Assembly: GCA_965217775.1 (NCBI GenBank)
Contig: CBDCJH010000002.1
Location: forward strand, 3,136,001 to 3,200,000
DNA from: Acidobacteriota bacterium
Lineage (GTDB): Bacteria > Acidobacteriota > UBA6911 > RPQK01 > JAJDTT01
DNA length: 64,000 bases
Reading direction: 5' to 3'
The notes below the pieces were generated by a model. It searched no databases. It saw only the letters and a list, made by a program, of their open reading frames with translations, and was not told the DNA's origin. The first letter of the stretch is position 1. Each line of letters opens with the position of its first letter. This document shows, piece by piece, positions 48,984-58,746 of the stretch. Both the position numbers and the translations under genes were made by a program.

Positions 48984-50975
48984 TCAATCTCCGGAATCGG
49001 ATGGCTCTAAGCGCTGCACGACCCGGACCGGTTCGGCCAAGGGGATCAAGCGCTCCAGATCGAACTCAGGAAGGAGCCCCAGGCAGAACAGTTCTGGAGC
49101 CTCACTGTAAAGGACCGGTTTGGCCAGCAGGTGGCCCAGGCTCCTCATGCCCTTCTCGACCCTGACCTCCGAAAAGGCCGTGGGTTCGAGTGCTGCGCTC
49201 AGCAGGGCCACGACTTGACTCCGGAATCCCTGGGCTTCGACCCGGACCTCCGTCGCGGCGTGATGGTCCTTAAGCCATTTGGCCAGGGCCAATAGATGCG
49301 ACGCCCGGATCCCCAGCGACCGATCGCCAATCGTGGCCAGGAGCTGGGCGTAGCGGTGGGAGTCCGACTCATTCCTCCTCCGGGGCTGTGCTTCCCCGGT
49401 CAGGATCAGGTCCACCACCAGCACCTGTTCTCCGCGGTTGATCCGGTCCGAGGCTCGTTGGCCCGCATTCGCCTTGCCCTCGTCCAGCAGCAGGATCGAG
49501 GCTGGAGCGCCTTCCCCAGTGGCGATTCCCTTCCCCCAGAGGGCGGATGCAACGAGTCCGTCGCTGAAGTGAATTCGATAGGAATACGTTTCCACTCCCC
49601 GGTTCTTGGTGTTGTGGAGCGCCCACCCATGCTTGACGTCCACCGGCTGGAAACGGACCAGCGATCGAAGTCTGGCCCTGCGGTCCTCGAGGTCTTCGAC
49701 CGCCCGGCCTTCTTCCGGGTCCGCTTCTCGCAGGTTCCTGTCGGCCAGATGGCGCGCCACGCCCAGGATGGTGAGGTTGTCCTCCGGGAGACCGACCACC
49801 AGATCCTCATAGCTCTGAATCTCCCGATCGACGGGATCTTCCCGGTCCCAGGGCCCGAGGCCGAAATGCCGGGACAGATGCCGGTAGGCCTGAAGCCGGT
49901 TGTCCAGTTGATAGTTGTGGGTCGAGGGATCGGTGTTTTCGTGCCAGTCCAGATGGCCGGCCTTTCCGAATAGGTCGAAGAAGGGCTGGACGTCGTCGTA
50001 AATATACGGCTTGACCAATGGCGCCCGGAAGCAGCATTGGTCCTCGGCGTTGTAGATCAGCAGAGTCGGCTTGGGCGCCCGCATGGCGGTCAACGTCGAG
50101 TAGTCCTGACCCCGGAGCAGGTCGGTGGCGTTCTGTTCGATGTCCCCCGTGTCCTGTGGCCGTTCGATTCTCGAGATCAGGGCCGAGTAGCCGGCCACCG
50201 GCACGGCCACGGCCACCCGCTCGTCCAGGGAGGAGAGGATGATGGTCTGCCAGCCGCCGCCCGAGAGTCCGGTGACGGCCAGCCTTTGTGGGTCGACCCG
50301 GGGATGCTGTTCCAGGTAGTCGAGTCCTTTCCGCATGGCCAGGTAGAAGAGGCCGATGGCGTTGGCTCCCACCAGGTCGAGATGGGCACCGAACCAATGC
50401 GAATTCTCGGGATGGGACAGCTCGCCGCAGGCCAGCCATTCCAGATTCAACGCCACGACGCCCCGGCGAGCCAGGGAGATGCACCGCTTCTGCTTGTATT
50501 CGACGGACTTGCCGGGGCCTCGGACGTGTCCGTTCACGTTGAGGACCGCCGGCAGGGAACTCCGGTCACCTGTCGGTTCGTAGAGGAGCGCCGGGATCTG
50601 GAGGCCGGGCAAGACCTGCAAGAGGAGCTTTCGGAGGCGGTATCCGCGGTGTCCTTGCGGCGGACCGACCTCGAGGAAACGAAGCGGAGCCTCCACCCAT
50701 TCCTGGGGCCAGCCGCGGTAGACGACGTCCCGGAGCAGCTTTTTGCGGATGGCGTTCGTTTGGGCTGTCCATTCTTCCGCACGGTTGGGGAGTGGAGGCA
50801 GTTTTGGGGATCGCGCCAGGAGGTATTCTCCGAGCAGGTGGTGAAGCAACCCGGGTTCCAGGGTTTCTTGTTCCAGAAGGGGTGTGAGTTGGCGGGTGGT
50901 GCTCTGGCCGTGGAGGGTGAGCATGCAGGGTAGGAGCAAGCAGATTCTCAGGAGGGAGTTGTTGAATTGCGGCAT
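48984..50975 (-). CDS. Secreted alpha/beta hydrolase, acetylxylan esterase-like
   Basis: IPALLYEP, VNGH, nucleophile elbow GLSGGG, APKPTLL...DQCCF, HNY. Confidence 0.8.
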   Translation of the reverse strand: MPQFNNSLLRICLLLPCMLTLHGQSTTRQLTPLLEQETLEPGLLHHLLGEYLLARSPKLPPLPNRAEEWTAQTNAIRKKLLRDVVYRGWPQEWVEAPLRFLEVGPPQGHRGYRLRKLLLQVLPGLQIPALLYEPTGDRSSLPAVLNVNGHVRGPGKSVEYKQKRCISLARRGVVALNLEWLACGELSHPENSHWFGAHLDLVGANAIGLFYLAMRKGLDYLEQHPRVDPQRLAVTGLSGGGWQTIILSSLDERVAVAVPVAGYSALISRIERPQDTGDIEQNATDLLRGQDYSTLTAMRAPKPTLLIYNAEDQCCFRAPLVKPYIYDDVQPFFDLFGKAGHLDWHENTDPSTHNYQLDNRLQAYRHLSRHFGLGPWDREDPVDREIQSYEDLVVGLPEDNLTILGVARHLADRNLREADPEEGRAVEDLEDRRARLRSLVRFQPVDVKHGWALHNTKNRGVETYSYRIHFSDGLVASALWGKGIATGEGAPASILLLDEGKANAGQRASDRINRGEQVLVVDLILTGEAQPRRRNESDSHRYAQLLATIGDRSLGIRASHLLALAKWLKDHHAATEVRVEAQGFRSQVVALLSAALEPTAFSEVRVEKGMRSLGHLLAKPVLYSEAPELFCLGLLPEFDLERLIPLAEPVRVVQRLEPSDSGD

Positions 50976-51024
50976 CTATTTGGTGGGGTGAATACGAGTC
51001 GCCCGTTACGGCCTTGCTTGGTTG

Positions 51025-53382
51025 TTACTCTGGAGTTCGGCGGCTAGGAAACCGCCGCTCCTGTTCGGCGATTGGAAATCGTCGCTCCATGGCGACTAGT
51101 TTGGGCTCGGTGCCGAGGTGCCGGATCCACTCGGCCACCAGTTCGGCTCCGCGCTCGTCGATCCGATTGGTGCTGGTCGGGGGCATCTGGTTCAGGCCTC
51201 GTACGATCAGCCGCCGGTAGAGAAGGGACCGCTGAGGATCGCCCGGGACCACCATCCGGGCGCCGTCTACTCCCATGTTGTCGTGAATCGGCGCCTCGCC
51301 AATCAGGCGGACCTTGTCCGGTTCCGCTGTGTAGGTCAGGTTGATCCGGGAGTTTCCTCCGCCGCTCGGAGCGTGGCACATGGCGCAGTTCACTTGCAGG
51401 TAGGCCCGGGTCCGAGCCTCCACGTCAGCATCCGTGCCGAAAGGATCCGGGAGGGCCGGGTACTCCGCGGGAGTCTTCTCGATCGATTCTTTGAAGATTC
51501 CGATGTGATCCAGCGTTCTCAACTGATTGTCGGTGGTCTCGCCGTAGTCTTGACCGCGGTTCATTTGCCGGGTGTTCAGACCGAGCGCGAATCCGGCCGC
51601 GCGGGAATGGCAGTACATGCATTCCTCGCGGCTGGGATAGCGCCAGACTTGGTCCCGCTGCCCGCCGGGCGCGCTCCGGTCCCGGATCTGATAGGTTTGG
51701 TCGCGGCCTTCCCCTGCGACCAACTCCGCATCGGTCTGCTCTTCGTTCCAGGCGTAGGTGTATCCGACCCACCGGTCGTCCTGCTTCACCAGCAGCCGGG
51801 TTTCGATGAATTGGCGCGTCTCCGGGCTGCCTTCCTCGGTCTCCAGGGTGAACGACTTCACCATCACCGCGCCGTCGTCGAACACCCAGGTGCCTTCCTC
51901 GTTGAACTTGATCTGCGTCTCGCCCGGCAAGGCGAGGAACCGCTCCTTGCCGGCGCCGTCGGACCAGAAGGGGACGTTCACCGAATACGGGATGAGGCCG
52001 GGAGCCGGACGATGATCCTTCACCGATGCGAACAGTCCGGTTTCACTCAGCTTCTGCGGAAAAGGCGGCCTCTTTTCCAGCACTGGCCGGTGGTCCAGTT
52101 CGAAGATCTCTCCGCTGTCGTAGTCCAGCGCATAGAAAGCTCCGTCGCGCCCCTGGCCGAAACTGACGATATTGACGGACGAGTCGGCGAGTTCCTGGTG
52201 CCAGACCACCTTCTTCTGATCGTGGTCGTATCGCAATCCCCAGATTTTTCCGTACGAGTAGTCCCCGTAGAGGTAGGCGCCTTTCAGCTCGGGGAACTTG
52301 TCTCCCTGGTAGACGTAGCCGCCGGTGATGGACCGGCATTCCCGGTGGTGATGCTCCATGACGGGCGGGACGATGGGTGTGGGACCCGGCTTCGTGTTGG
52401 GATGAAAGGGGTGTGAGCCCTCCTTCACGGGCCAGCCGTGATTGCTGCCCCGGCTGACCAGCTCGATGAGCTCCCAGAGATCCTGCCCCACGTCTCCGAC
52501 CCAGGGCTGTCCGGTGACCGGATCGAAGCTGAAGCGCCATGGATTGCGAAAACCGTAGGCCCAGATCTCCTCCCGGGCCCCGGGCACGCCGACGAAGGGA
52601 TTGTCCTGGGGAATGGAATAGGCCCGGCCAGGGTCCGGCCGCTCCAGGTCGAGCCTCATCATGACCGCCAGCAGGTCGTCCACGTCCTGACCGGTGTGCT
52701 CCCGATCGGAGCTTCCGGTGCCGTCTCCGGTGGCAACGTAGAGGTACCCGTCCGGACCGATGATGGCTTCGCCGCCGTTGTGTCCACCGGACGGCCACTC
52801 GATGATGACCTTCTCCGATTCGGGACGCAGCCGCGGCGGATCGCTTCCCGGTTCCAACTCGAACCTGGAGACCCGGCTGAGTTGCGTGACCGGGTTGCCC
52901 TCTTCATCCTTCTTCCCTTCCAGCTTGGGGTCGGTCGGGCTGAAGACGAACACCTGGCCGTTCTCGCGGTAACGCGGATGGAAGGAAAAGGCTGAAACCC
53001 GGCGGTTCCAATCCAGGAAGAGGTCTTTCCCGGCATCGGGATCGTTCCCGTGGAAGCTGTAGATCGGGCCCCGATACTCGGCGACCAATAGCCGCTCCGA
53101 GTTCGGGTCCTGAGCGATGAAGGTCGGATTCTCGAAGGTGTGCTGCGGGAATACGCGCCGGAGCTGATACGGCGGCGGGGGCTCCGGTGATCCCACCACG
53201 CGCGAGGTGTTCCAGAGAGCCCGCTCCGTCAACCCGTAGGGCGCGTCTCCCTCTCCGGACGAGGCCGATCCGCAGGCCGACAGGAACAATCCGGCAACCA
53301 GAGCCAACGCACCCGTGCGATCGGGATTTCGAGTGATCAATTGCTTAACCCATATGGAATTCTTGTTTCCATTTCTCTTCAT
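51025..53382 (-). CDS. PQQ-dependent sugar dehydrogenase-like protein fused to a cytochrome c domain (lipoprotein)
   Basis: HNGG..IGPDGYLYVATGDG, AYGFRNPWRFSFD, SITGGYVY; LSETGLF, FWSDGA.K; haem motifs CMYCH and CAMCH; lipobox LSAC. Confidence 0.88.
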   Translation of the reverse strand: MKRNGNKNSIWVKQLITRNPDRTGALALVAGLFLSACGSASSGEGDAPYGLTERALWNTSRVVGSPEPPPPYQLRRVFPQHTFENPTFIAQDPNSERLLVAEYRGPIYSFHGNDPDAGKDLFLDWNRRVSAFSFHPRYRENGQVFVFSPTDPKLEGKKDEEGNPVTQLSRVSRFELEPGSDPPRLRPESEKVIIEWPSGGHNGGEAIIGPDGYLYVATGDGTGSSDREHTGQDVDDLLAVMMRLDLERPDPGRAYSIPQDNPFVGVPGAREEIWAYGFRNPWRFSFDPVTGQPWVGDVGQDLWELIELVSRGSNHGWPVKEGSHPFHPNTKPGPTPIVPPVMEHHHRECRSITGGYVYQGDKFPELKGAYLYGDYSYGKIWGLRYDHDQKKVVWHQELADSSVNIVSFGQGRDGAFYALDYDSGEIFELDHRPVLEKRPPFPQKLSETGLFASVKDHRPAPGLIPYSVNVPFWSDGAGKERFLALPGETQIKFNEEGTWVFDDGAVMVKSFTLETEEGSPETRQFIETRLLVKQDDRWVGYTYAWNEEQTDAELVAGEGRDQTYQIRDRSAPGGQRDQVWRYPSREECMYCHSRAAGFALGLNTRQMNRGQDYGETTDNQLRTLDHIGIFKESIEKTPAEYPALPDPFGTDADVEARTRAYLQVNCAMCHAPSGGGNSRINLTYTAEPDKVRLIGEAPIHDNMGVDGARMVVPGDPQRSLLYRRLIVRGLNQMPPTSTNRIDERGAELVAEWIRHLGTEPKLVAMERRFPIAEQERRFPSRRTPE

Positions 53383-53390
53383 TCCCCGGC

Positions 53391-54860
53391 TCAGGCCAGG
53401 AGCGGTTTCAGCACCTTGCCGTGAACGTCCGTCAGCCGGTGGTCCCGGCCCTGGAACTTGTACGTCAGACGCAGGTGGTCGATTCCCAGGAGATGCAGGA
53501 TGGTGGCGTTCAGGTCGTGGACCTCTACCGGATCCTTGACGATATTGTAGCTGAAATCGTCCGTTTCGCCGTAGCTCAGACCACCGGAGGCCCCGCCTCC
53601 GGCCAGCCACATGGTGAAGCAGCGCGGATGATGGTCCCGCCCGTAGTTCTCCTTGGTCAAATCTCCCTGGCAGTAGATGGTCCGTCCGAATTCGCCGCCC
53701 CAGACGATGAGGGTGTCGTCCAACATCCCTCGTTGCTCCAGATCCAGAATCAGGGCCGCCGTGGCCCGGTCGGTGCTCTTGCACTGGCCCCTCAGGTCCC
53801 GCGGCAGGTCCCGGTGCTGATCCCAGCCCCGGTGGAACAACTGAACGAAGCGCACCCCTCGCTCCACCAGCCGCCGGGCCATCAGGCAATGGGACGCGTA
53901 GGTGCCCCGTTCGCGGGCTTCGTCTCCGTAGAGCCGAAAGATATGCTCCGGTTCATCGGACAGGTCCGTCAGCTCGGGAACCGAGGTCTGCATCCGGAAC
54001 GCCAGTTCGTACTGGGCGATTCGGGTGGCGATCTCAGGGTCTCCGAACTCGGCCTGCTTCAACTCGTTCAACCGGGCGACGTCGTCCAGAATGTGCCGTC
54101 GGGTGACGCTCTCCATCCCCGGCGGATTGGAGAGGTACAGGACCGGATCGCCGACGCCGCGGAACCTCACCCCCTGGTGCCGCGTGGGCAGGAAGCCACT
54201 GCCCCACAAGCGCTTGTACAGCGGCTGCGACCCCTTCTTGGAGTTGGAGGTCATGACCACGAAGGTGGGCAGATCCCGGTTCGCGCTTCCCAACCCGTAG
54301 GAGAGCCACGCCCCCAGACTCGGGCGGCCCGACCGCTCGAAGCCGGTCTGCATCAGCGTTATGGCGGGGTCGTGGTTGATGGCATCGGTGTGCATCGACT
54401 TGATCAGGCAGAGCCGATCGACCACGCCGGCCGTGTGCGGAAGCAACTCGCTGACCCAGGCGCCGCACTCCCCATGCCGTTGGAATTCGAAGATGGACGG
54501 CACCACCGGGAAACGATCCTGGCCCGAGGTCATGGTGGTCAGGCGCTGACCCTTCCGCACCGAGTCGGGGAAATCGACGTCGAACATTTCCCGCAGGCCC
54601 GGCTTGTAGTCGAAGAGGTCCATCTGAGCCGGTCCGCCGGCCTGGCACAGATAGATCACCCGCTTGGCGCTGGGCTCGAAGTGGGGCAGACTTGCCGCAC
54701 CGGCCGCTGCTCCGGGAGTTCGCAACGGGGCGGCCAGAAGGTCATCCGCCAGCAGCGAGCTCAACGCCGCCGCGCCGATTCCCATCCCCGACCGGCCAAA
54801 GAAGTGCCGGCGGGTCAAGAGCTGTCGGGCGTTGTCGATTGGATGCGTGGGAGAAGCCAT
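53391..54860 (-). CDS. DUF1501 domain protein
   Basis: TRRHFF, AKRVIYL..AGGPAQMDLFDYKP, ARRLVERGVRFVQL, WDQH, WGGEFGRT, GRDHHP, RLTDVHG. Confidence 0.93.
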   Translation of the reverse strand: MASPTHPIDNARQLLTRRHFFGRSGMGIGAAALSSLLADDLLAAPLRTPGAAAGAASLPHFEPSAKRVIYLCQAGGPAQMDLFDYKPGLREMFDVDFPDSVRKGQRLTTMTSGQDRFPVVPSIFEFQRHGECGAWVSELLPHTAGVVDRLCLIKSMHTDAINHDPAITLMQTGFERSGRPSLGAWLSYGLGSANRDLPTFVVMTSNSKKGSQPLYKRLWGSGFLPTRHQGVRFRGVGDPVLYLSNPPGMESVTRRHILDDVARLNELKQAEFGDPEIATRIAQYELAFRMQTSVPELTDLSDEPEHIFRLYGDEARERGTYASHCLMARRLVERGVRFVQLFHRGWDQHRDLPRDLRGQCKSTDRATAALILDLEQRGMLDDTLIVWGGEFGRTIYCQGDLTKENYGRDHHPRCFTMWLAGGGASGGLSYGETDDFSYNIVKDPVEVHDLNATILHLLGIDHLRLTYKFQGRDHRLTDVHGKVLKPLLA

Positions 54861-54868
54861 CGTTTTTC

Positions 54869-57255
54869 TCATTCCCGGTGAATGGTTTCGTCCAGGTTCA
54901 GGAGGCCGTTCGCGAGGGCCGTGTGGGCGGCCAGTTCGACGGTGTCCATCCCAGGATCCAAAGGGGACTGACCGACCTGGGCCAGTTTGCGGGCAGCCTC
55001 GGGGTCGTTCTCGTAGGTCGACCGATGACGCTGCAGACCGCGCGTCAGCACCTCGATTTCCGCCGGCTGGGGCTGCCGCGACGTGACCAGGCGGAAACCG
55101 AAATCGACCCGCTCCCGATCGTTCGAACCTCCCTCCCGGATCAGGCGCTGGGCGAGAGCACGCGCCGCCTCGACGTAGGTCACGTCGTTCATGAGCGTCA
55201 ACGCCTGGAGGGGCGTGTTGGTCCGCTCGCGCCGGGCCGTACAGACCTCGCGGCTCGGAGCATCGAACACCTCCATGCCGGGAGGATGGATGGTGCGCCG
55301 CCAGAAAGAATAGAGGCTGCGACGGTAGAGATGGTCGCCGGTCCCCTGCTCGTAGCCTTTCTTGTAGGCGCCGGTCGCTCCGCCGGCGATCTCGTCCCAG
55401 ATGCCCGCCGGCTGATACGGCTTGACCGATGGTCCCCCAACCGACTCGACCAGCAGCCCGCCCACCGCCAGGGCCTGATCCCGAATCATCTCGGCAGGCA
55501 GGCGCAACCGGGGACCCCGCGCCAGCAGACGGTTGTCCGGATCTTTCTGAAGCAGCGCGGGCGTGAGCCTCGACGACTCCAGGTAGGTTGCGCTGGTCAC
55601 GATCATCCTCTGGAAAGACTTGACGTCCCACTTCAGCCGCACCAGTTCGCTGGCCAGCCAGTCCAGCAGGAGTGGGTGCGTCGGGGGCTCCCCCTGCGCC
55701 CCGAAATCCTCGGGCGTCGGCACCAGTCCCAAGCCGAAGTGCAACTGCCACAATCGGTTCACCGCCACACGGGCGGTGAGTGGATGGGACGGGTGCACCA
55801 GCCACCGTGCCAGGAGCAGACGATTGGCCGGGACGCCGGGGGGCAGCGGTGGCAGCACCCTGGGGACGCCCGGAGTCACCTTGGCGCCAGGCTGATCGTA
55901 TTGTCCGCGTCCCAGAACGAACGTCTCTCGAGCCTGGTCATCCCGCATGATCATGGTTGCGGGGACCTGTTCCCAGAGGCGTTGATGCTGCGCCTCAAGC
56001 GCGGCGTACGCGGGTGAACTCCGCTCCAGAATCTGAAGTTCGCGATGGATCCGATCCAATCGGAGTTGAACGGCCCGCGGCGGAACCTTGATGGTGGGCG
56101 CGGCGCTTCGCCGATAGGTACCCGGCTCGGAGACGGCGTTGAAGAAGGCGAAGAGACGGTAGAACTCGGTCTGGGAGATGGGGTCGTACTTATGGTCGTG
56201 ACAACGCGCGCAGCCGACCGTGAGTCCCATCCAGGCGGTCGAAACGGTGTTGACGCGATCGACGGCGTACTCGACCCGGAACTCGTCGGCGATGGATCCG
56301 CCTTCGCCGTGACGCGGTTGTTGCGAAGGAAGCCGGTGGCCAATTTCTGGTCCGGACTCGCCTCAGGGAGCAAATCTCCGGCCAACTGCTGGACCGTGAA
56401 CTGGTCGAAAGACAGATTCTGGTTCAGCGCGTCGACGACCCATTCGCGCCACCTCCACATGGTTCGAGGCTCGTCGTCCTGATAGCCGTCGCTGTCGGCG
56501 TACCGCGCCAGATCGAGCCAGATCGCCGCCATGCGCTCCCCATACCGGGGCGAAGCCAAGAGCCGGTCGACGGCCATCTCGTAGGCCGCGGGAGACGAGT
56601 CTGCGAGAAAGGCGTCCAATTCGTCCAAGGTCGGCGGAAGCCCGGTCAGGTCGAACGTCACCCGGCGCAGGATCCGGCTCTTTTCCGCGGCCGGCGCAGG
56701 ATCCAGTCCTGCGGCCTCCAGGCGGTTGAGGACAAAGTAATCCAGATCCTGCCTGGTCCAGGAGGTGTCCTTGACCTGAGGCAGTTCCGGCCGCCGTAGC
56801 GAAGTGAACGCCCAATGCTGCTGCCAGACGGCTCCCTGTGCGATCCAGCGGCGGATCAAATCGATCTGGTCGTCGCTCAGCGTCTTTTGCGAGTACGCGG
56901 GAGGCATCCGATGGTTCGCGTCTTCGTGGGTGATGCGCCGAAAGATCAGGCTGTTGTCCGGATCTCCGGGAACGACGGGCGCTCCGGAGGTCCGCGCCTG
57001 GAAGACATTGTCCCGCAGATCGAGCCTCAGTCCGGCCATGCGGACCTGGGGATCGGGACCGTGGCACTGAAAGCAGGCGTCGGACAGTAGGGGACGAATC
57101 TGCCGCTGAAAGTCGACTTGGGAATGCTCAGAGTGGGCGTTTCCGACCAGCGGCGGCAGGAGGAGGGACAGCAGGACAAGCCGGAGGACCGGCCGCCGTG
57201 CCGAATCTCGAATCCGAGCCCGGAGCGGGCAAATACTCCACGTGCGTTTTCTCAT
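54869..57255 (-). pseudogene. PSD1/PSCyt (DUF1549/DUF1553 + planctomycete cytochrome c) protein with a 1-bp frameshift at ~56310
   Basis: CFQCHGPD, YGERMA..WLDLARYADS, then GLTVGCARCHDHKYDP and TNTPLQAL in another frame; adding one A gives RNNRVNGEGGSI. Confidence 0.88.
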
Positions 57256-57374
57256 TCGGTTAATGGAGTTTATTCTAGCAGCCTGCGCCAAAAACTCTCG
57301 ATGACGTCCGCGATGCCGGCAATGGCCGGTCCAGGGGGCCGAACCGAACGGCGCCGGATCGGAAAGGAGTTGCG

Positions 57375-58499
57375 ATGAAGCGATCGATACTGGTTCCCGT
57401 TGTCCTGTTCCTGTTGGGTCCCGCTCTCGTAGCGTTCGCGCAGGAGGCCATCCAATTTCATCCCATCGACGGGGCTTCGATCTACGATCATGATCCTTCC
57501 ACGCGGCTCGGGGACGACATCTTCGGCAACATCATCGCCGACCTGGAGAACGACGCTCCGGGGCGATGCTCGCACGGAGGGCCGGTCTGCCTGGAATACG
57601 CGAACGGTCACATCGCGGCCTTCTACGCCAACACCAGCGACCACAACTCCGACGGGTGGAGCGATTACGCCCTCAGCAAGGACGGCGGCAGGACCTGGGA
57701 AAGATACAACAAGTTCGAGTACTCCTACGCGGCCTACCAGAGAGATCCGAAGCGGCCGGTGATCGTCGAAGAAGGGCTGACGACCCGCAACGGAATCGTC
57801 GTCCTGCTTCTCACCCATGTCGACAACGGCAGGAGCCGGAGCGGATTCATGAGAAGCCGTGACCATGGCGCCTCCTGGATCGACTACGAACCCCTCGACG
57901 GAGACTTCGTCGGGTATCCCTGTGCGGTGGGGGTGACGGGGGACACCAACTTCGTCCTCTACGACATCAGCAAGGGCCCCCACGTCCTGTACGTCAGCAC
58001 CGACGACGGACAGAGCTGGCGCCGGAGAAGCACCCTGCCCCTGGACGACGACAAATGGTACGGCGCCATGTGCATCATGGAGGACGGCCGGCTGTTGGCC
58101 GGCGCCTATACCGAGAAGGACGAGCACCATCTCTACTACTGCATCAGCCGGGACCAGGGGAGGACCTGGACCGAGCAACGGCGCGCCTATCTGGACAAGA
58201 AAGTTCGCGATCCCGAACTGGCCTATCTGGCCGGCAAATACTATCTGCACGGAAGGTCGGGCCAATACGGCGAAGGGAAAGACCGTTTCGTCCTCTACCA
58301 GTCCGACGACGGCATCAATTGGGGGAGCGGGATCATCGTCAGCGGCGATCGGAGACACGCCGACGGATACAGTCACAACTGCGTCATCAACAAGTATGAC
58401 GACGATGTCCCCAACCAACTGATGGTCCAATTCAGCATCGTCTACGACGGCCTCGACACCAACACCCACGTGTTCTTCATCAGGCCGGATTCCGAATAG
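57375..58499 (+). CDS. Secreted Asp-box beta-propeller protein (paralog 3)
   Basis: Shares SHGGPVC, NTSDHN.DGWS, Asp-boxes and YYLHGRSG with 38005 and 39217. Confidence 0.8.
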   Translation: MKRSILVPVVLFLLGPALVAFAQEAIQFHPIDGASIYDHDPSTRLGDDIFGNIIADLENDAPGRCSHGGPVCLEYANGHIAAFYANTSDHNSDGWSDYALSKDGGRTWERYNKFEYSYAAYQRDPKRPVIVEEGLTTRNGIVVLLLTHVDNGRSRSGFMRSRDHGASWIDYEPLDGDFVGYPCAVGVTGDTNFVLYDISKGPHVLYVSTDDGQSWRRRSTLPLDDDKWYGAMCIMEDGRLLAGAYTEKDEHHLYYCISRDQGRTWTEQRRAYLDKKVRDPELAYLAGKYYLHGRSGQYGEGKDRFVLYQSDDGINWGSGIIVSGDRRHADGYSHNCVINKYDDDVPNQLMVQFSIVYDGLDTNTHVFFIRPDSE

Positions 58500-58502
58500 T
58501 AG

Positions 58503-58660
58503 CAGCCCGTGGCAAAAGTCATCACGGCATTCGACCGTCCCTGCATCCCGGCGGACGGCGTTGCGATTCGGGCACATACTCCCGGTATGCACCCGAATCG
58601 CGCCTTGTCCGGCGGGCGCAGGAACGGTCTCGGTGCTCGCGGGACTTTCACCACGGACTG
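58503..58660 (+). mobile_element. MITE-A, 158 bp, TSD GTAG
   Basis: Same TIRs; GTAG at 58499-58502 and 58661-58664. Confidence 0.93.
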
Positions 58661-58743
58661 GTAGAGGTGCGGGGGTTTGCAACCTCCGATTCGGGGGACA
58701 GGGATCTCCCCCTTCCTATGGGTGACAAGAATGTCCCCCTCCT
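58661..58743. repeat. REP/REPIN-like palindrome cluster (family 2)
   Basis: GTAGAGGTGCGGGGGTTTGCAACCTCCGATTC matches the reverse complement of 21341-21371; followed by ggggac..tcccc and gaca-agaa-tgtc arms. Confidence 0.65.
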
Positions 58744-58746
58744 GGC

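Noticed and set aside
46442-49072. Diversity-generating retroelement TR/VR pair
   Set aside because: The 11 mismatches are not adenine-specific on either strand, and no reverse transcriptase is present.
54861-55805. N-terminal extension making an 804 aa DUF1501 ORF (likewise the extensions to 53889, 45592 and 46420)
   Set aside because: Off-frame overlap with neighbouring genes; family motifs start later.
57275-57300. CTAG-CAGCCTG as another MITE end
   Set aside because: Only a few bases match and no partner TIR was found nearby.
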